Positions 39,011 through 52,043 are shown, numbered from the stretch's first letter. The stretch: DNA of 64,000 bases from Callorhinchus milii (GCF_018977255.1 NW_024704756.1:5704001-5768000), one strand, 5' to 3'. Notes: generated by a model not told the origin, from the sequence alone. Numbers and translations: made by a program.

Positions 39011-39182
39011 ATCAACACTGCAAGAATGTACCTGGACCGAGAATGCAGTGCAATGAGTTGCAAGGTTTATTGCCACTCGCAACCTAACGCTTTCATTACT
39101 AACCCAGCTCCTTGACAAAGCGTCCATACTTTCCTTTCAAAGTAACGTCTTGTTTCATTGACTGTCTTTACCCCCTTCACAG

Positions 39183-39781
39183 ATCAGAACGAAGGATTCA
39201 CCTGCATGGAAGAATGTCGGATTCTTGGCCACTCGGACAGATGTTGGATGCCGCGGGTCCCTCTGCCAAGTCGTGCCAAATCCCCTGACCGTGGCAGGAA
39301 TGTTATTGCGCTGTCTATAGAAGCCACCAGCGTGGACTCTGAGCCCTACGAGGATGGGAGCGCCAAGAGAACTTTTGCAACTTTTGGCAAAGACCCAAGG
39401 GAACGCACTGCTGAGAACGAAAAAACAGATGTAAAGGGGAAAAGGACATTTGACCTGCCCATGTGTAGCCCAAAAGTGAATGGTTCAGTCTCCAGTAGCC
39501 AGGAAACAAGCAACGGTATTGACATTTCGAGTCCCGCCAGCACGCCTGTACATTTGAGCAGTCCCACGTCCAACAGGCCTCCAGTCACATTCTCCATGAT
39601 GCACTGTCCAGCCACACGAGACCTCGACCGAGCCGTCAATCACGTCTCCTCGCGTCTGTCGGAGCCAGCATCCAGGGAGGTCGACTCAGAGCAGGTCGCT
39701 CGAGAGATCAACCACCTTCTGCACGACTGCAGGGAAAAGGACTCGCCGGGTATCAAACGAATACAGGACATTGTACTGTGA
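39183..39781 (+). CDS. pcdh19: Protocadherin-19 terminal coding exon (CM2 motif, WIRS motif, stop TGA)
   Basis: cccccttcacag acceptor, phase 1. Translates (D)QNEGFTCMEECRILGHSDRCWMPR...KRTFATFGKD...DSPGIKRIQDIVL*. CM2 at 39203-39253, WIRS FATFGK at 39374-39391. The C-terminus resembles PCDH19 (ESPGVKRLKDIVL, from memory). The ORF-track start at 39158 is intronic. Confidence 0.97.
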
Positions 39782-42700
39782 TGGCCATCCCACACACAAC
39801 CAACGATGCAGATGACTATTAGCACCGTGACAGTTTGTAGTCGCTTCTCTTCTTTTTTGATGTACAGCTCGCTGTATTTAAATGCTTTTTTCTTACATTT
39901 AAAATTTTCCGATATCAAAGATTATTTTTTATTTCATAGGTGATAGAAATATCAAGGTGGGGGGGTGGGGTAGCAATCTAAGAGATGAGCTCTTGAAAAG
40001 AAAGTCTCGTGCTCAATTGTTCCAGATTTGGATTGGTCTCGATCTATTTACATTCACGTTCAAATTCACTCATTTCGGATAGATGGGTGAACAGTAACTA
40101 GTTTGCTGGCCCTTTCAAGGACTTTGAGGCCAACAGACAAGTCTCAAAAAATTCAGGTGTGAGCTGTATCAAAAGCAGCATCCAAGTCACAGTGGGAATT
40201 TGGAGAACTGAAAGCGTCCAATTCAGAATCTCTCAATTTTACGCTTCTCTCTAATGCTTACTCCCCCTTCCAGATCTACGTAACCCTGGGCCCAAGCCTC
40301 ATGACAGTACCAGGCTGTGATAGTTTGCTTTGTACTCGTAGCGTTTCCTTCATAGAGTGGGTTCTCCCCTATAATCTTTCTGTATAAAATGGGCGAGAGC
40401 AACAAGTGTACCTCGTAAAAGCACAGTGAACCTGGGTCAGAGACACCTCCCCTTGCACATAACCCAAAAGGTCTGAGGCAAGCTGTTCTGTAACAGAACA
40501 ATATCTCTTGTAAATAGAGGGGTATCCTCTAACTAACAATGTATCTATACAATGAGTGGAGCCAACTGTACACCCAGTGAGTGTGTCCTATTGAGTCAGC
40601 TTCACAGTTTGTGTAAGTATCACCTTATCCCATTAACCATGGGATGTGTTACTTATATCATTAAAATGCTGAGTCGTGTCAGTATTTTCAAGTTATAAAA
40701 TAAGCTTTTATATCATGATATTAATTAGTAAAATGTAAGTTGTAGTAATAGGTAGTCTAAGTAATGCAGAGGTAGAGCTGTACCAAATAGTGAAGTCAAG
40801 TGGTGCAGTGTGAGACGTGCTATTCCTATGGCACGACAGTTAGTGAACCTAAATAAAGTTTTATAAAACAGGAGGGAGAGAAAATTAGTGCATTTGAACA
40901 CTCAAAAACAAAGCAATTTGCGAATGAAACGGCAGTTGAAATAAACCACTGTTTAAAACAAATTATAAACCTCAAACCAATTAACGGTTCAGAAATTAAT
41001 TAAACCTCTTTGAGTCATAATAACAGAAATCCCGATGCTGTTATTTCTTGCTAAGGCATTCGGTGACTGAGGCCTTTGTTTTTAGTTTCTGGAGCTGTCG
41101 GTCTCGACAGCCAGAAATCACTGGGTGGTTGGCTTTGCAGGTGCCCACATCATATCCAGTGAGAGTTTGTTACAAGTGAATTTCTCTCTGGACCAGCCAT
41201 TTCCAGTGCCAGTAAATTAGGTCTCCAATCTGAAGCCACAAGCTTGTATTATGTTAGTATCGATTAAGCTGCCATGGTACGAAACAAATGACCATAATAA
41301 TTTCAGTAGAAAAAAAACACAATCATTGATGTATTTTCAATATGTGCCCAGTCCCCAGCTATTGCACATCCCAGCACGCAGCAGAAGCGTTGAATTTGTT
41401 ATGTGTTGACAACCTAAGACTTCATAGAGGGAGCTTCTCGCTGTATTGATCTTTGGTGGCTGGGACGTTGATGTGTAGAATTGGCAGGAGTTTTGATCGC
41501 AGCAGCTACGGGAAAGTTGTGCCTTCACATCGTACATTTTACATTTTGATAATAGTTAGTTGATCATCTATTAATATAAGTAGTCATGTCGGGGGGGCGG
41601 GGCAGGAGAGGAGAGAAGGAATAAAGAGGTTTAGACGGAAAGTTGTAAATATAGTATGTGGAAATTCCTCCCCCCCCTACCTTACCCCAATGTGTGCCTA
41701 TTGTATCAAGTCTCATTACAAACCTCGATCATGGTTTAACCTTCAGAACTGGACCAAGTTTGAGGGGTTTGTACCTCTGATCCTGTTCACTACAGAACCC
41801 TGATTAGCTGTCATAGTGTTAATATTTGTAAATCTAGGTGCATTTTAACGGTGGCCATATATTGTTCGTGAATTTAAGGTTGTTCTGCAAGAGCGGTTCC
41901 TGGGTGTGTGAATTTTACATGTACCAGAGTTCAAAAACTCAAAATGAAAAGTTTTAAAGCGAAACAAAAAGGCACAGGAAAGACGAGCTCAGTAACAAGA
42001 TATGGGCTATCACCTGGCTGTGTCTAGGATGGTCATAGCAGAGGCCAACACCTCAGTGTACTCCCCAGTAAATGAGTTCCAAGTCAGGCTATTGGGGCTC
42101 CTGTTAACTTGAGCAATTTGAATGAAAGTGTTGTGGAAAACTTAGCTCCTGCCTTAGTGGAAATGAGCCATACCAGCTTCGAGTTGACTGCAGTGGGAAC
42201 AGTGTTGTTCACTTGATTGTTTTTTTTTAAAAATCACTCCTTGTTCAGGTGATGTGGAGAACAAAGTTGTGTGTGGAGGATCTCCACATTCATGCAGAGA
42301 AGTGGAGTCTGTCTCACCGCTAATCACAAGAGCAACACTTGCCAGGGAGAGAGGGTGAGGAGGAGTGTGTGGCAGGTCTGTGTCCTGGTAGCTTCAGAAA
42401 TGGCACATCCAACAGACCAGTTATAAAATGATAATCGAATTATTGGGGCTGAGGGAAAAGGAAGGGAACAAGAAGGAAACATTAACATAGGCTCGCAAAA
42501 CTCCTTGATTCATTGTTTTGGCATTTATTTTTTTAACAAAAGGAATAAATATTCTTTGTAGGTTCAGCTAGCTTTCTTTTCGAACTTAAAGTGCAATATC
42601 CAGCTGGCCCAGTGTCTGTCAGTCTCATATGTCTCTGTGATTTCTTGTACAGTTAGTAGTTGCAGTCATTTGCAGTCCATGGCAGACACTGACTCATTTA

Positions 42701-43766
42701 CAAAATCTAATACTTGCCTTTTTTGCCTTTATTTACTTCAAAGTAAAAGTTTGTATGCACAACCGTGGTGCAGTTTGTATTTTGAGTTGAGAAGGATTTG
42801 TGTGTCACTTTGGAATAGGGACAGCATCCCACTTTGGGAATATTCCTTTTTTAACATTGAAAGATTTCAGCAGGCAAATGGGAGCTGAAAATGAGGTGGG
42901 GGGAGAGAAGGGTGTTGGAGTCACTGAAAGATACGAGCAGTCGTAGTGATCAACCCTTTGAGGATTACAGCAGCTTTATCTTGCATCAGAGAAGGGGGAA
43001 AAAAAAATCCAAAAAAAATAGTGTTAGGTGATTTCACTTTTCCGGAGAATATTGTTAATTGAGAAACGTTCTTGTGTTCGTGAAAATATTGTAACTCACA
43101 TGTATGATAAAAGATACTTTCTTCCAAATTAAAGTTCAATGTTAGAACTGTAGGACAGACAGCTCATTTATGTTCTACAATGAGTGTCAAAGAAGCCCGG
43201 TGCTCAGAGGATTAATTCTTGTATCATTTCTCCAACCCCCTCCTCCCCACCACTCCAATTTTTTTTGTGGCACTGCATTAGTTAACACCTCCTGGAGTGC
43301 CCTGTGGGTAACCTGATTTCTTTACGACTGGCAAAATAAATGGTTTCTGAAGAGAAGGCATTGTCGGAGATTTATATGTCAAAATTGCTCTTGCAAAAAG
43401 TCTAATTAAAGATGGAATCACATTCATCTGTCATCGGAAACAAATAAATGTGCTGCTACAGCTGGAGCATAAGCAAAAGATAACAATCTCTCATCTCAGT
43501 TCACAGAGTCATAGTTAAGAAGTATCTGATAACACCACACACCGGTCATTTGCCAAAAAAAAAGCTGGGTGTTTACAGCACAGACTGTTTTACCCAATTA
43601 TCTGTCAAAGATTGTGTGAAATGGTTTTAAAAAAAACATGCTGTATATGCATATATGTTATGTACATTTTCACAGTGATTGGTTCATTGTAAAATAAGAA
43701 CCACATTTCTGTATATTTTATGAAATATAAAGCAGCTTTATTAAATTATTATAATGTTTCAAATGA
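39782..43766 (+). other. pcdh19: Putative long 3' UTR of pcdh19
   Basis: Follows the stop codon and contains no recognisable SINE/LINE over ~4 kb. The AU-rich terminal block has TGTA motifs and ATTAAA at 43740-43745. The end point is inferred; several upstream AATAAA hexamers could be alternative sites. Confidence 0.6.
43740..43745 (+). terminator. Candidate polyadenylation signal (ATTAAA)
   Basis: ATTAAA preceded by TGTA elements (43642-43715) and followed by a T-rich stretch (43780-43800). Confidence 0.5.
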
Positions 43767-45729
43767 TAGGTTGCAGATATTTTTTCTGTCTTTTCAATGC
43801 TGGTTTGTGAAATTTTAACCCTTTCTTGCCTGAAGATAGCCTGAAACCATTCTTTAATGTTAACATCAATAGGTCGGTAATATTTCTGCTCTTAAGATTG
43901 TAACAGGTTAGTTTGGCTATAACTAAGAGTTTCCCAGCCAAGGAATTAGTATCTGATTGTAATACTCAGGCTTATATAGAACCAGTCTTTATAGTCAGAT
44001 AATTGTTCTGTTCTGAGAAAGGCTTCTCTCAAGAACGGATCACATATGCCACTGCCAGAACTAGCCTGGATTGGTAGGAGATGAGAGACTATTCCCCCCA
44101 CAACCACCCCCCCTCACTTGCTTTGCATAGCAGACACTAGTTGCTTGCTCTGTGGCCCCCTTCGTCTTTGTCTCTCTCCTGAAATGCCTTTGTCTCCTTC
44201 AGGCCTGACCCCACTCTTGTCTCCATGCCCCGTCTGTGGTGTCCCGATTCTTCTCCATCCTCGCTTGCTTTCCAGCCTGCTTTCTTTGTGTAACCCCCTG
44301 CTGGTAAACAGTGGGGCACATGAACGTACGGCGACCCCACAACAAACACAGACCACAAAATGCTAACCTCAGCAAAGAGCAACACGCAGATCCAAACAAC
44401 AAAGCACTGTATCAAATACTCCATTGAGCACCATGGTTTCAGCCTGTTCTGATCAGAGAACTGTGTGTGGAATGCAGTAGGTCAGGGTTGACTATATCAG
44501 ATTGCACTACTGGAGGTCTGTTTTTATTGGCTTCGGGTCAGAAAGGAACTTTAACATATTCTCATCCTGATACGGTTACATTGTGGTTACTCGTGTCCCT
44601 CGGGATATTAAAATCAGGAAGGATCGTTGCAAATTGCAGGGTTTTTTTGTAAGCAGGTAATAAAATATCAAACGTAAACCAAAAGCAAGATACATGAATC
44701 AAAGCAGACACAAATTAGGACAGCAAATATGCACCTAACCTAACAAAACACCTGTGTGAGAGCCAACACAACTGACTCATGCCCGATACTCAATTTCTCT
44801 TTGTAACCAGCTTTGCAAAATACATGATACATGCACCTGCCACTTGTCCATCAGTCTATGAAGACAATTCTGTTCATAATTAAACTTTCTTTCTTAAACA
44901 GGACTCCCTAATCATTAGTGTCATGTTAGTCCCGGACACTTGCAACAGTTCAGTTGAGTCACCTCCTTGGCTTGTGGTGATGTCCCCGGCATCTCACCCC
45001 ATGCCCGTCAGTCAACACGTAATGACAGGGAGCTGTGATTGATTGTGCAAATAACCAGTTCAGTGTTGCAGCGAGACCTCAATCAAATTCTTGGCTCCAG
45101 TCATTGCAATGGATAGGACAGACCACCCATCAAACAGAAACATTAGAGTTAAACAGTAAATGAAATTGATTCCAAAGGAGCTACATAGTTAATTCTGGAG
45201 CCAAAGGCAGTTCACTCGACACGTTTCAGATCCATATTGACCCAACAGTTGCTGTGCCTTACTGCAGTATTCTTGTAAAAGTTCTGCAATAATGTTCTTC
45301 AAATGCTGCTTAGGTATCTGAATCCCTTCCAACTACACACTTTCCAGCTATGCTACGAAGACAAATTAGAATCACTTCTAAATACTACATAAATGTGCAA
45401 TGACTACAAGATATATTTAAGATAAAATAAGATTTTCTAGATCTGCGATCTCAGAGTTCCACATTTGTATTTATCTGCTTCTGAAGTGGAGTGTTCACCT
45501 CTCCCTGGAGGGACACTTCCTGCTTACCTAATTCCAGAGAGTATGAGATGTATTTTTGTTTTCAAAAATTAAGACAAAAAGGTGGAATTTGTGATCCGAG
45601 CCTGTGTGACCTTCCAATCAGTGCTCAGGATTGGCAGCAATGAATGGGTTGGGAGAGAAATAACTGCATAAAAATCACTAACAAAAGCCGTATTACTCTC
45701 TGATCATTAAGACAGAATGGGCTGTACAA

Positions 45730-45900
45730 CGTGGCACAATGCTATACAGACCAGAAGCTCACAGGTTCATCCCCGGATCTGTGCTGAGTTTGCTGATCTC
45801 ACCCAGGCCAGCAGTCCTGGCACTGCAATTGACTTTAACACCTCGGGGGGATTGGGGAAGGGAACTGTATACTGGATACCGCAGAAAATCAACCAATCTC
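45730..45900 (+). mobile_element. Old SINE-like repeat (second family)
   Basis: atacagaccagaagctcacaggttcatccccggatctgtgctgagtttgctgatctc (degenerate B-box)...tgcaattgact. Confidence 0.55.
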
Positions 45901-46034
45901 CTCATGGACACTACATGAGTCAGCTTTTACACATTGCAGGCTCAAACATGCCTAGCCTTAAAGTTCACTTAGCCTTAAAATTTAAAATAGCTAAATTGCG
46001 GAAAATTCTTCAATTCAACCTTGAAATAAAATAG

Positions 46035-46140
46035 AATAATTCTTACATTTGATATAGCATCTTATAACAACATCAGTGAGATGTCTCAAAGCGTTTTCTC
46101 AGAATATACTGTAAAGTAGTTTAACTGTGTGTATTGTGTG
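46035..46140 (-). mobile_element. Dominant SINE 3' fragment
   Basis: aataattcttacatttgatatagc...gagatgtctcaaagcg...cagaatatactgtaaagt. Confidence 0.75.
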
Positions 46141-46379
46141 GACCATATACATTTATATTGTACCTTTCAGGTCAGGAGGATGTCTCTCAAGGCACAGCTG
46201 GTTGAGTGATACTTGGGGGTGGGGGGTGGGAGGGGAGTGGGGTTAGGGGAGCTGGAGGAGAAGAAGAGAAAATATTTTTAATTTGGATACTAGTCTTTCA
46301 AATTCAAACTGTATTTAAGAATTATCCACAATGCTGCACAATCTTAGATTGTCAGAGAAATGGTCAAGCTAATAATTAT

Positions 46380-46515
46380 TTGGGGAGAAAAAGTTTGCAG
46401 GGCTACGGGGAGAGAGCAGGGAGTGGGATTGAATTGGATAGATCTTTTCAAAGAGCCGGCACATACACAATGGGCTGAATGGCCTCCTTCTGTGCTGTAT
46501 TATTCTATGATTCTA
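46380..46515 (+). mobile_element. CR1-type 3' end
   Basis: ttgcagggctacggggagagagcagg...atgggctgaatggcctccttctgtgctg...attctatgattcta; same family as 23190-23414. Confidence 0.85.
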
Positions 46516-49279
46516 GGATGAAATGGAGCGTTGAGCTGATAAAGGTATAAACTTCTACAAAATATTGAACATAAATACATAAAGATACTATCAAAGATAT
46601 TTAAGCCATTTTATCTTCTGTTCAACTGGTATTAATTTTATTTTGTGACAACCTTAATAAAAATTATTGTGTGCTCCTCTGAGTAAATACAGAATAGGAA
46701 AAATAATATGTGGGCAATAATTAACTGGAAGCCAATAATTCTTTGTAATGTCAATGTGAAATACAGCATATTACAGAGAACGCCTGATCTGTATAAGGCA
46801 CTATATCAAATGCAAAGATTAACATCAAAAAGCAAAGGAAAAAAAATTCTCCACCAGGTAAGACCTTAAATATAAAATTCATTAAAATGCCTTCCATGCT
46901 TGTCTGGGCAGCAGAGAACTCGGAATAGATAAAATGATTTGTGCATATCGTGAGCACATTCAAAAGAGGCAATTGGCTTATGTGAATGTTGACTGACAAA
47001 CATTGACAGGCTCAGTATGTTGTACATTGTTTGTTCCCCGAGTCTTATGCTCTTAACTGTCACTTGTTAAAGTTGAAGCCTATCAGCAGGTCAGTCATTC
47101 CCTCACTAATAGACTAGGTCTCTTTCTGTATTGAGTTTCCAAATTGGTGTGAGTGCAGATCTTCATCTAAGCTGCACATTATTGAAGCAAGACTCTGTGG
47201 TAGCATGTTTTCATTAGGCTCTCCCAAGCTGGGGATGTTCTTAGTCATGAAGTGAAAAAGCATAAATGACAAACATTTCTAATATTCACAGGACAACACC
47301 AGACTGAATATTAAAACATTTATGCAGCAAAGGCTGTGCATATGTGTGTGTGTGTAGGGAGGAGTTGAAATAAAAATCAGAAATTTGCGTTCAGTCAAAC
47401 CTCAAAGACAAGAGCAAATTGAGGGGGGAAATAAGTCCAATTATTCAATGTACTATTTTGGTTTTGTTTATGAAGCAATTTGATTTTTATTTCATATTTT
47501 CAACACATCTCAAACAGCAGTGTGTGACATGCATATTTAGAGGTTTCTTCACGAATGACGGAACTGATGTGAAATCAAGCTTCAGGTTACGGTTCCATTC
47601 ACCAAAGAAGAAAATAACTTCAGTGCCGTTTGAGAATGAACCCAATCATTCTTCACTCTAAGTTTTATTTGATTTACAAAAAGCAACCAAAAATTCTCTT
47701 TTACAGCCATTTTCACGGTTCGGCTTTAAACCCATGTCCTGAGAGTTAAAATGCTGAGTTAAATATCTGCAGATGGCTCTGCAATTAAGCTAAGTCCCTC
47801 TCGGACCATAAAAATTCAAGACATTATACACTTTAAGTGGTCTGATAAGTTGCATGACCGCATTCTAGCCATCGTGGAACTGGAGACCTACAAACAGAAA
47901 GCCTTCCCCGAAAGATGACCACTCCAGATTGACCTTCAACCTCCACAGCCTTGAAATCCATCACAACAAGGAGCAAAAAATCATTAAGGATGGAGAATAA
48001 TCTTAGATTACATTGCCCGGCATTAGTTATATCTCCTGTTAGCTGGATGCAGATTAACTTTGGCACAGGATATTATAAAGGCGACTGGTGGCACAGTAAG
48101 ACAGTTTACTCCACAACATACTGTGCCAATGTTGATCTCCATTCAACTAACTCAAGGAAGGTTTACTGCAGGGCAGTGTAGACTGTTGCAATTTTCCGTC
48201 GCTCAAGGAAATTCACTTGTAATGTGATGTGACCACATTTATAAACCCGGGCAAATCCCCAGTTCTTTTTCCATGAATTTAGTTTGCATGAAATATCATA
48301 AGGCAGCATATAAAAAGGTCACATCTGAACAAGGTTAGACAGAATTTTATAAAATGAATATTAAATATGATTATGTTTTATGACACCAACAATCTAATAT
48401 GTATCATACAATCTAATGCTGGATTGTCATTTTTTTTCTTCTACTATAAATGAATTGGAAACTTTCCTTCGCTGTGCCAAGTTCGACACGTACATTTGAA
48501 TGGCAACGAATTGGACTCCAAGCTGTTCCATACAGATCCTGCACCCTGTAGGAGGTCAGCAGGGACTTGAGACAATGTCTCATGCCTGTAGTATAAAATC
48601 TATCTCTTGCTCCTGAGCGCAGTACAGTCCAAAGCTCTTAGAACTACCACATTGAATAGGGTTGACCTACTCTATGCCAGAATCAATCCTCTGCCACATT
48701 ATGGGGACATAGCCAAGCTGTCAAGTGTCTGACAAATCATGACCAGAGCAGCACTGCAACAGTTCCAAGTGCTTCAACTAGACATCTATTGTTTATGCCG
48801 AGATCATGATGAATGCTGTAGATAAACCTCAACACATCTCCATCAATCCAAAATGCCTACGGAGGTTACCAATAGCAAGCAGCCGGATATGCTACTTCTG
48901 CTTGTGGCATTATTATTTTTCAAAAACAAGTCTTCTCTCCAGAAGCATTGCAATTTATTTACCCCCCCCGCCCCATCTTGAAATTGGGAGAGGGAGAACC
49001 AGTTCAATGGGCACTATTGCCCTCCAATACCACACACAAATGGCTTTATTATTTATTTTTTATTTTTAAAAACTACAAATCTTGATAATGCAGTGCATGC
49101 TGGCATAGTATTCAGTGGTTGTCATCTCAGAGCTGAACCTGATGCGGGTCTTTACCCAACTTTTACACACTTGTAACTTAAGGAACAATCACCTGAATAG
49201 CGATCAGTGAACCTTTACTGATGTTCCCTCCTTAACCCCGGGTCTTGATCCCCACATCAATACTCTTATTGTTACCCTG

Positions 49280-49508
49280 AATAATAATAATAATCCTTGC
49301 ATTTGATATAGTGCTTTTCACGTCTTCTAGACGTCTCAAAGCGCTTCACAGAATATGCTGTAAAGTGAATTGACCATATGTTTGTGGGCGAACGCGGCAG
49401 CCAATTGCACACAGCAGTGTCCCACAAACAGTCATGGATTGAAAATGACCAATTTATTATTGTTTTGTTTTGGAGGGATTATTATTAGGCGTGTGGAGTA
49501 AGAAAACT
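49280..49508 (-). mobile_element. Dominant SINE (young subfamily), headless
   Basis: Near-perfect reverse complement of 37815-38043. Confidence 0.92.
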
Positions 49509-49510
49509 TT

Positions 49511-49715
49511 TCCCAGGAGTGATAATCCCTTCCAAAAAAATGATAATTTGGTCACTCAGTCCAAGACTGTTTGTGGGGCACAGCTGTGTGCAATTGGCTG
49601 CTGTGTTTCTCCCACAAAATATACAGTCAATTCACTTTACAGTCTATTCTGTGAAGCGCTTTGAGACGTCTCAATGACATGATTAAGGTGCGATATCAAA
49701 TGCAAGGATTATCAT
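49511..49715 (+). mobile_element. Dominant SINE (second subfamily), headless
   Basis: gataatcccttcc...gtttgtggggcacagctgtgtgcaattggctgc...atcaaatgcaaggattatc; resembles 11010-11238. Confidence 0.9.
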
Positions 49716-50194
49716 CAGCCAACTCAGCATTGACCAGGTATCAAACCCAACATCCTCTAGGTCTGTATGGCTCAATTCCTCACTGAATGAACTTGATCAA
49801 TCATGGAGCTTTTCCAAGATAGTATTAGATAGGAAATAAGGAACTATATGAACTGGAACACATCATTGCAATCCATCAGGCTGATCTCAGACAGTCTTGT
49901 AACTGGCATGCAAAGGTTCAGATGCAAAATTGATCAGCTCCTGCTGTGAAAGGGGCACTGGACATATATCAATGCATTTTTTATGCTCAACTCATAGGGT
50001 TGATTCGATGCAAGTCAGAATCAAAGTCGATGAAAGCTATTATAAATAATACCTTAAAAAATGCAAGATTTTCAATGTTAATGAGAGTTGATCCTATTTG
50101 GTACGATTTAAAATTTAAAAACTGCAGTAAACTGGCTGCAAAAGGACTCAATTTGAGGTGTATAAATTCTAAGGCTACGTTTTAAGGTTAAAGC

Positions 50195-50392
50195 CATAGA
50201 ATCTTATAGCACAGAAGGAAGCCATTCGGTCCATCGTACCGTGAAAGAGCTATCCAATTAGTCCTACTGCTCCACTCTTTCCCCAAAGCCTTGGAATTTT
50301 TTTTCTTATCAAATATATTTATACAGTTCCTTTTGAAAGTTATTATTGAATCTGCTTCAAACCACCCTTTCAGGTGATGAATTCCAGATCGT
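50195..50392 (-). mobile_element. CR1-type LINE 3' end
   Basis: Minus-strand WFEADSIITFKR and a catagaatc tail; reverse of the 23190 family. Confidence 0.82.
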
Positions 50393-51294
50393 AAGAACTC
50401 ACAAGCCATCCACAATTTGGGATTTCTATCACAAAGAGTTAAATCAGCGTTTACACAGTATTAAAGCGGGTAAACAGAAGGACAAGCTCCAAATTCAGCA
50501 CTTGGTTTCCACTGTTTCTCCAGGGATAACTTTACTCTGAACAGAAGTCTGTTTCTGTCCTGCCTCCAACTGCATGCCACACAATAGTTACTACTGCGTA
50601 TCCAATACACAGGGAAAAACATTACCTGTGCACATTGCTATGCACAAGAAACAGTACTGCACAAGGAGTTCTATTCCCCAGGCTTGGACTAAACAGATTC
50701 ACCAACCATATTGATATCAGAAATGATGAGCCATCAGGAAGATAATCACATAGTACATACATTGTTCTCTCAACAAAAGGCTTTGTAAAGGTTTTCTATT
50801 ACCGGTATACACAGCACTTGAACTGACAGGCATCCTTAATAACTAACTCCCTTCCAGCAACATTCAAATAAAAGACTTGTACGAATAAAGGACTGTTTAG
50901 CATAGTTCAAGTTCTCCTTTATTGCTGTAGAATCTAATTTACACATCAAGGTTTGGGAATTTAAGAACAGAAGGTGGCTATTTAGCTTATCAAGCCTGTT
51001 CTGTAAGTTTATTTGATCACGGCATGACTGTTTTTTGCATGCTCCCTTCAGAGTCAGAAGGTGGTAGGTTCAAGTCCCAAGTTGGGACAACTATTCTAAT
51101 GAATCTACTTTGAGTAGCAGTCAATGCAATGAATCCAGTTTGCAAACATTGCATTTTGGCCCCAATGGCCCAATTCAGGGCAGCAAAAGAAAAGGATGGG
51201 TTAGTGTTATCACCAGACCTAGTTCCTATGGCCTTCCATCATTATGCAGCATTTTTTTTTGATATGGTCTAATTTCACTTGCCAGCCTAGCATA

Positions 51295-51450
51295 TGGTAC
51301 AATTAGCAAACCTGATGAGCATCCCTGGGATACAAATTGCATCCCACTTGTGGAGCTGCCTATAACCTACTCGTGACTTATCACAAGTCAGCCGACTAGT
51401 GGGATGCAAATTATATCCCATTGCTACTCGTCACGTATGCTCTATTACCA
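51295..51450. repeat. Imperfect ~156-bp palindrome (MITE-like)
   Basis: Left arm tggtacaattagcaaacctgatgagcatccctgggatacaaattgcatcccact versus reverse complement of right arm tggtaatagagcatacgtgacgagtagcaatgggatataatttgcatcccact. Confidence 0.8.
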
Positions 51451-51879
51451 AAAGGACAGCTGTAAAATATGAGCGTGAATTATACAGCAATTTCCTCTCT
51501 AAATTAGTTTGTCAATTGTTGCCATAGGAACCGCAAGTGCAACATTAAAAACTAATTATTTTCTTTAATTGCATTGCATGAGGCAGGCAACATCCCACAT
51601 GACCAAGATCTCCTGTTCTAAGCTTTGTTGGGGAGGAGCAATTGAGTTTCTACTCCACTCTCAACATACAACAGCGGTTCATACTAGATTATGCGCAATG
51701 GGGGTGGGAGGGGAAGAAATTTCATCAGGGTCAAGGCTCGTATTCTTTTCTTAACACATGCAGAGTTTACAAAGTTCTTCAGATTCAGTTTTAGTTTTGA
51801 AGTTGGGTTTCTGTACTACTTTTTAAAAAAAACTGGCTTCAAAACCAACTTCCAAATAAGACTGGTTTAAGCAATAAAA

Positions 51880-52043
51880 TAATAATACTTGCATTTGATA
51901 TAGCGTCTTATGTTGTTGAGAGTCTCAAAGCACTTTACAGTATGTACTGTAAATGGATCGACTGTATATTTTGCGGGCAAAACATGGCAGCCAATTGCAC
52001 CCAGCAGTGTCCCACAAACAGTCATGGATTGAGTGACCAATTT
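51880..52043 (-). mobile_element. Dominant SINE 3' fragment
   Basis: aataatacttgcatttgatatagcg...ggcagccaattgcacccagcagtgtcccacaaacagtcatggattgagtgacc. Confidence 0.88.

Noticed and set aside
39158-39182. N-terminus of the 207-aa ORF as a standalone gene
   Set aside because: This is the polypyrimidine tract and acceptor; the true exon starts at 39183
39315-39918. Antisense ORFs over the last exon (also 21647-22226 over exon 5)
   Set aside because: Shadow ORFs of the coding strand
44114-44424. Cluster of overlapping ORFs on both strands
   Set aside because: CT-rich low-complexity sequence lacking stop codons; no protein-like signal
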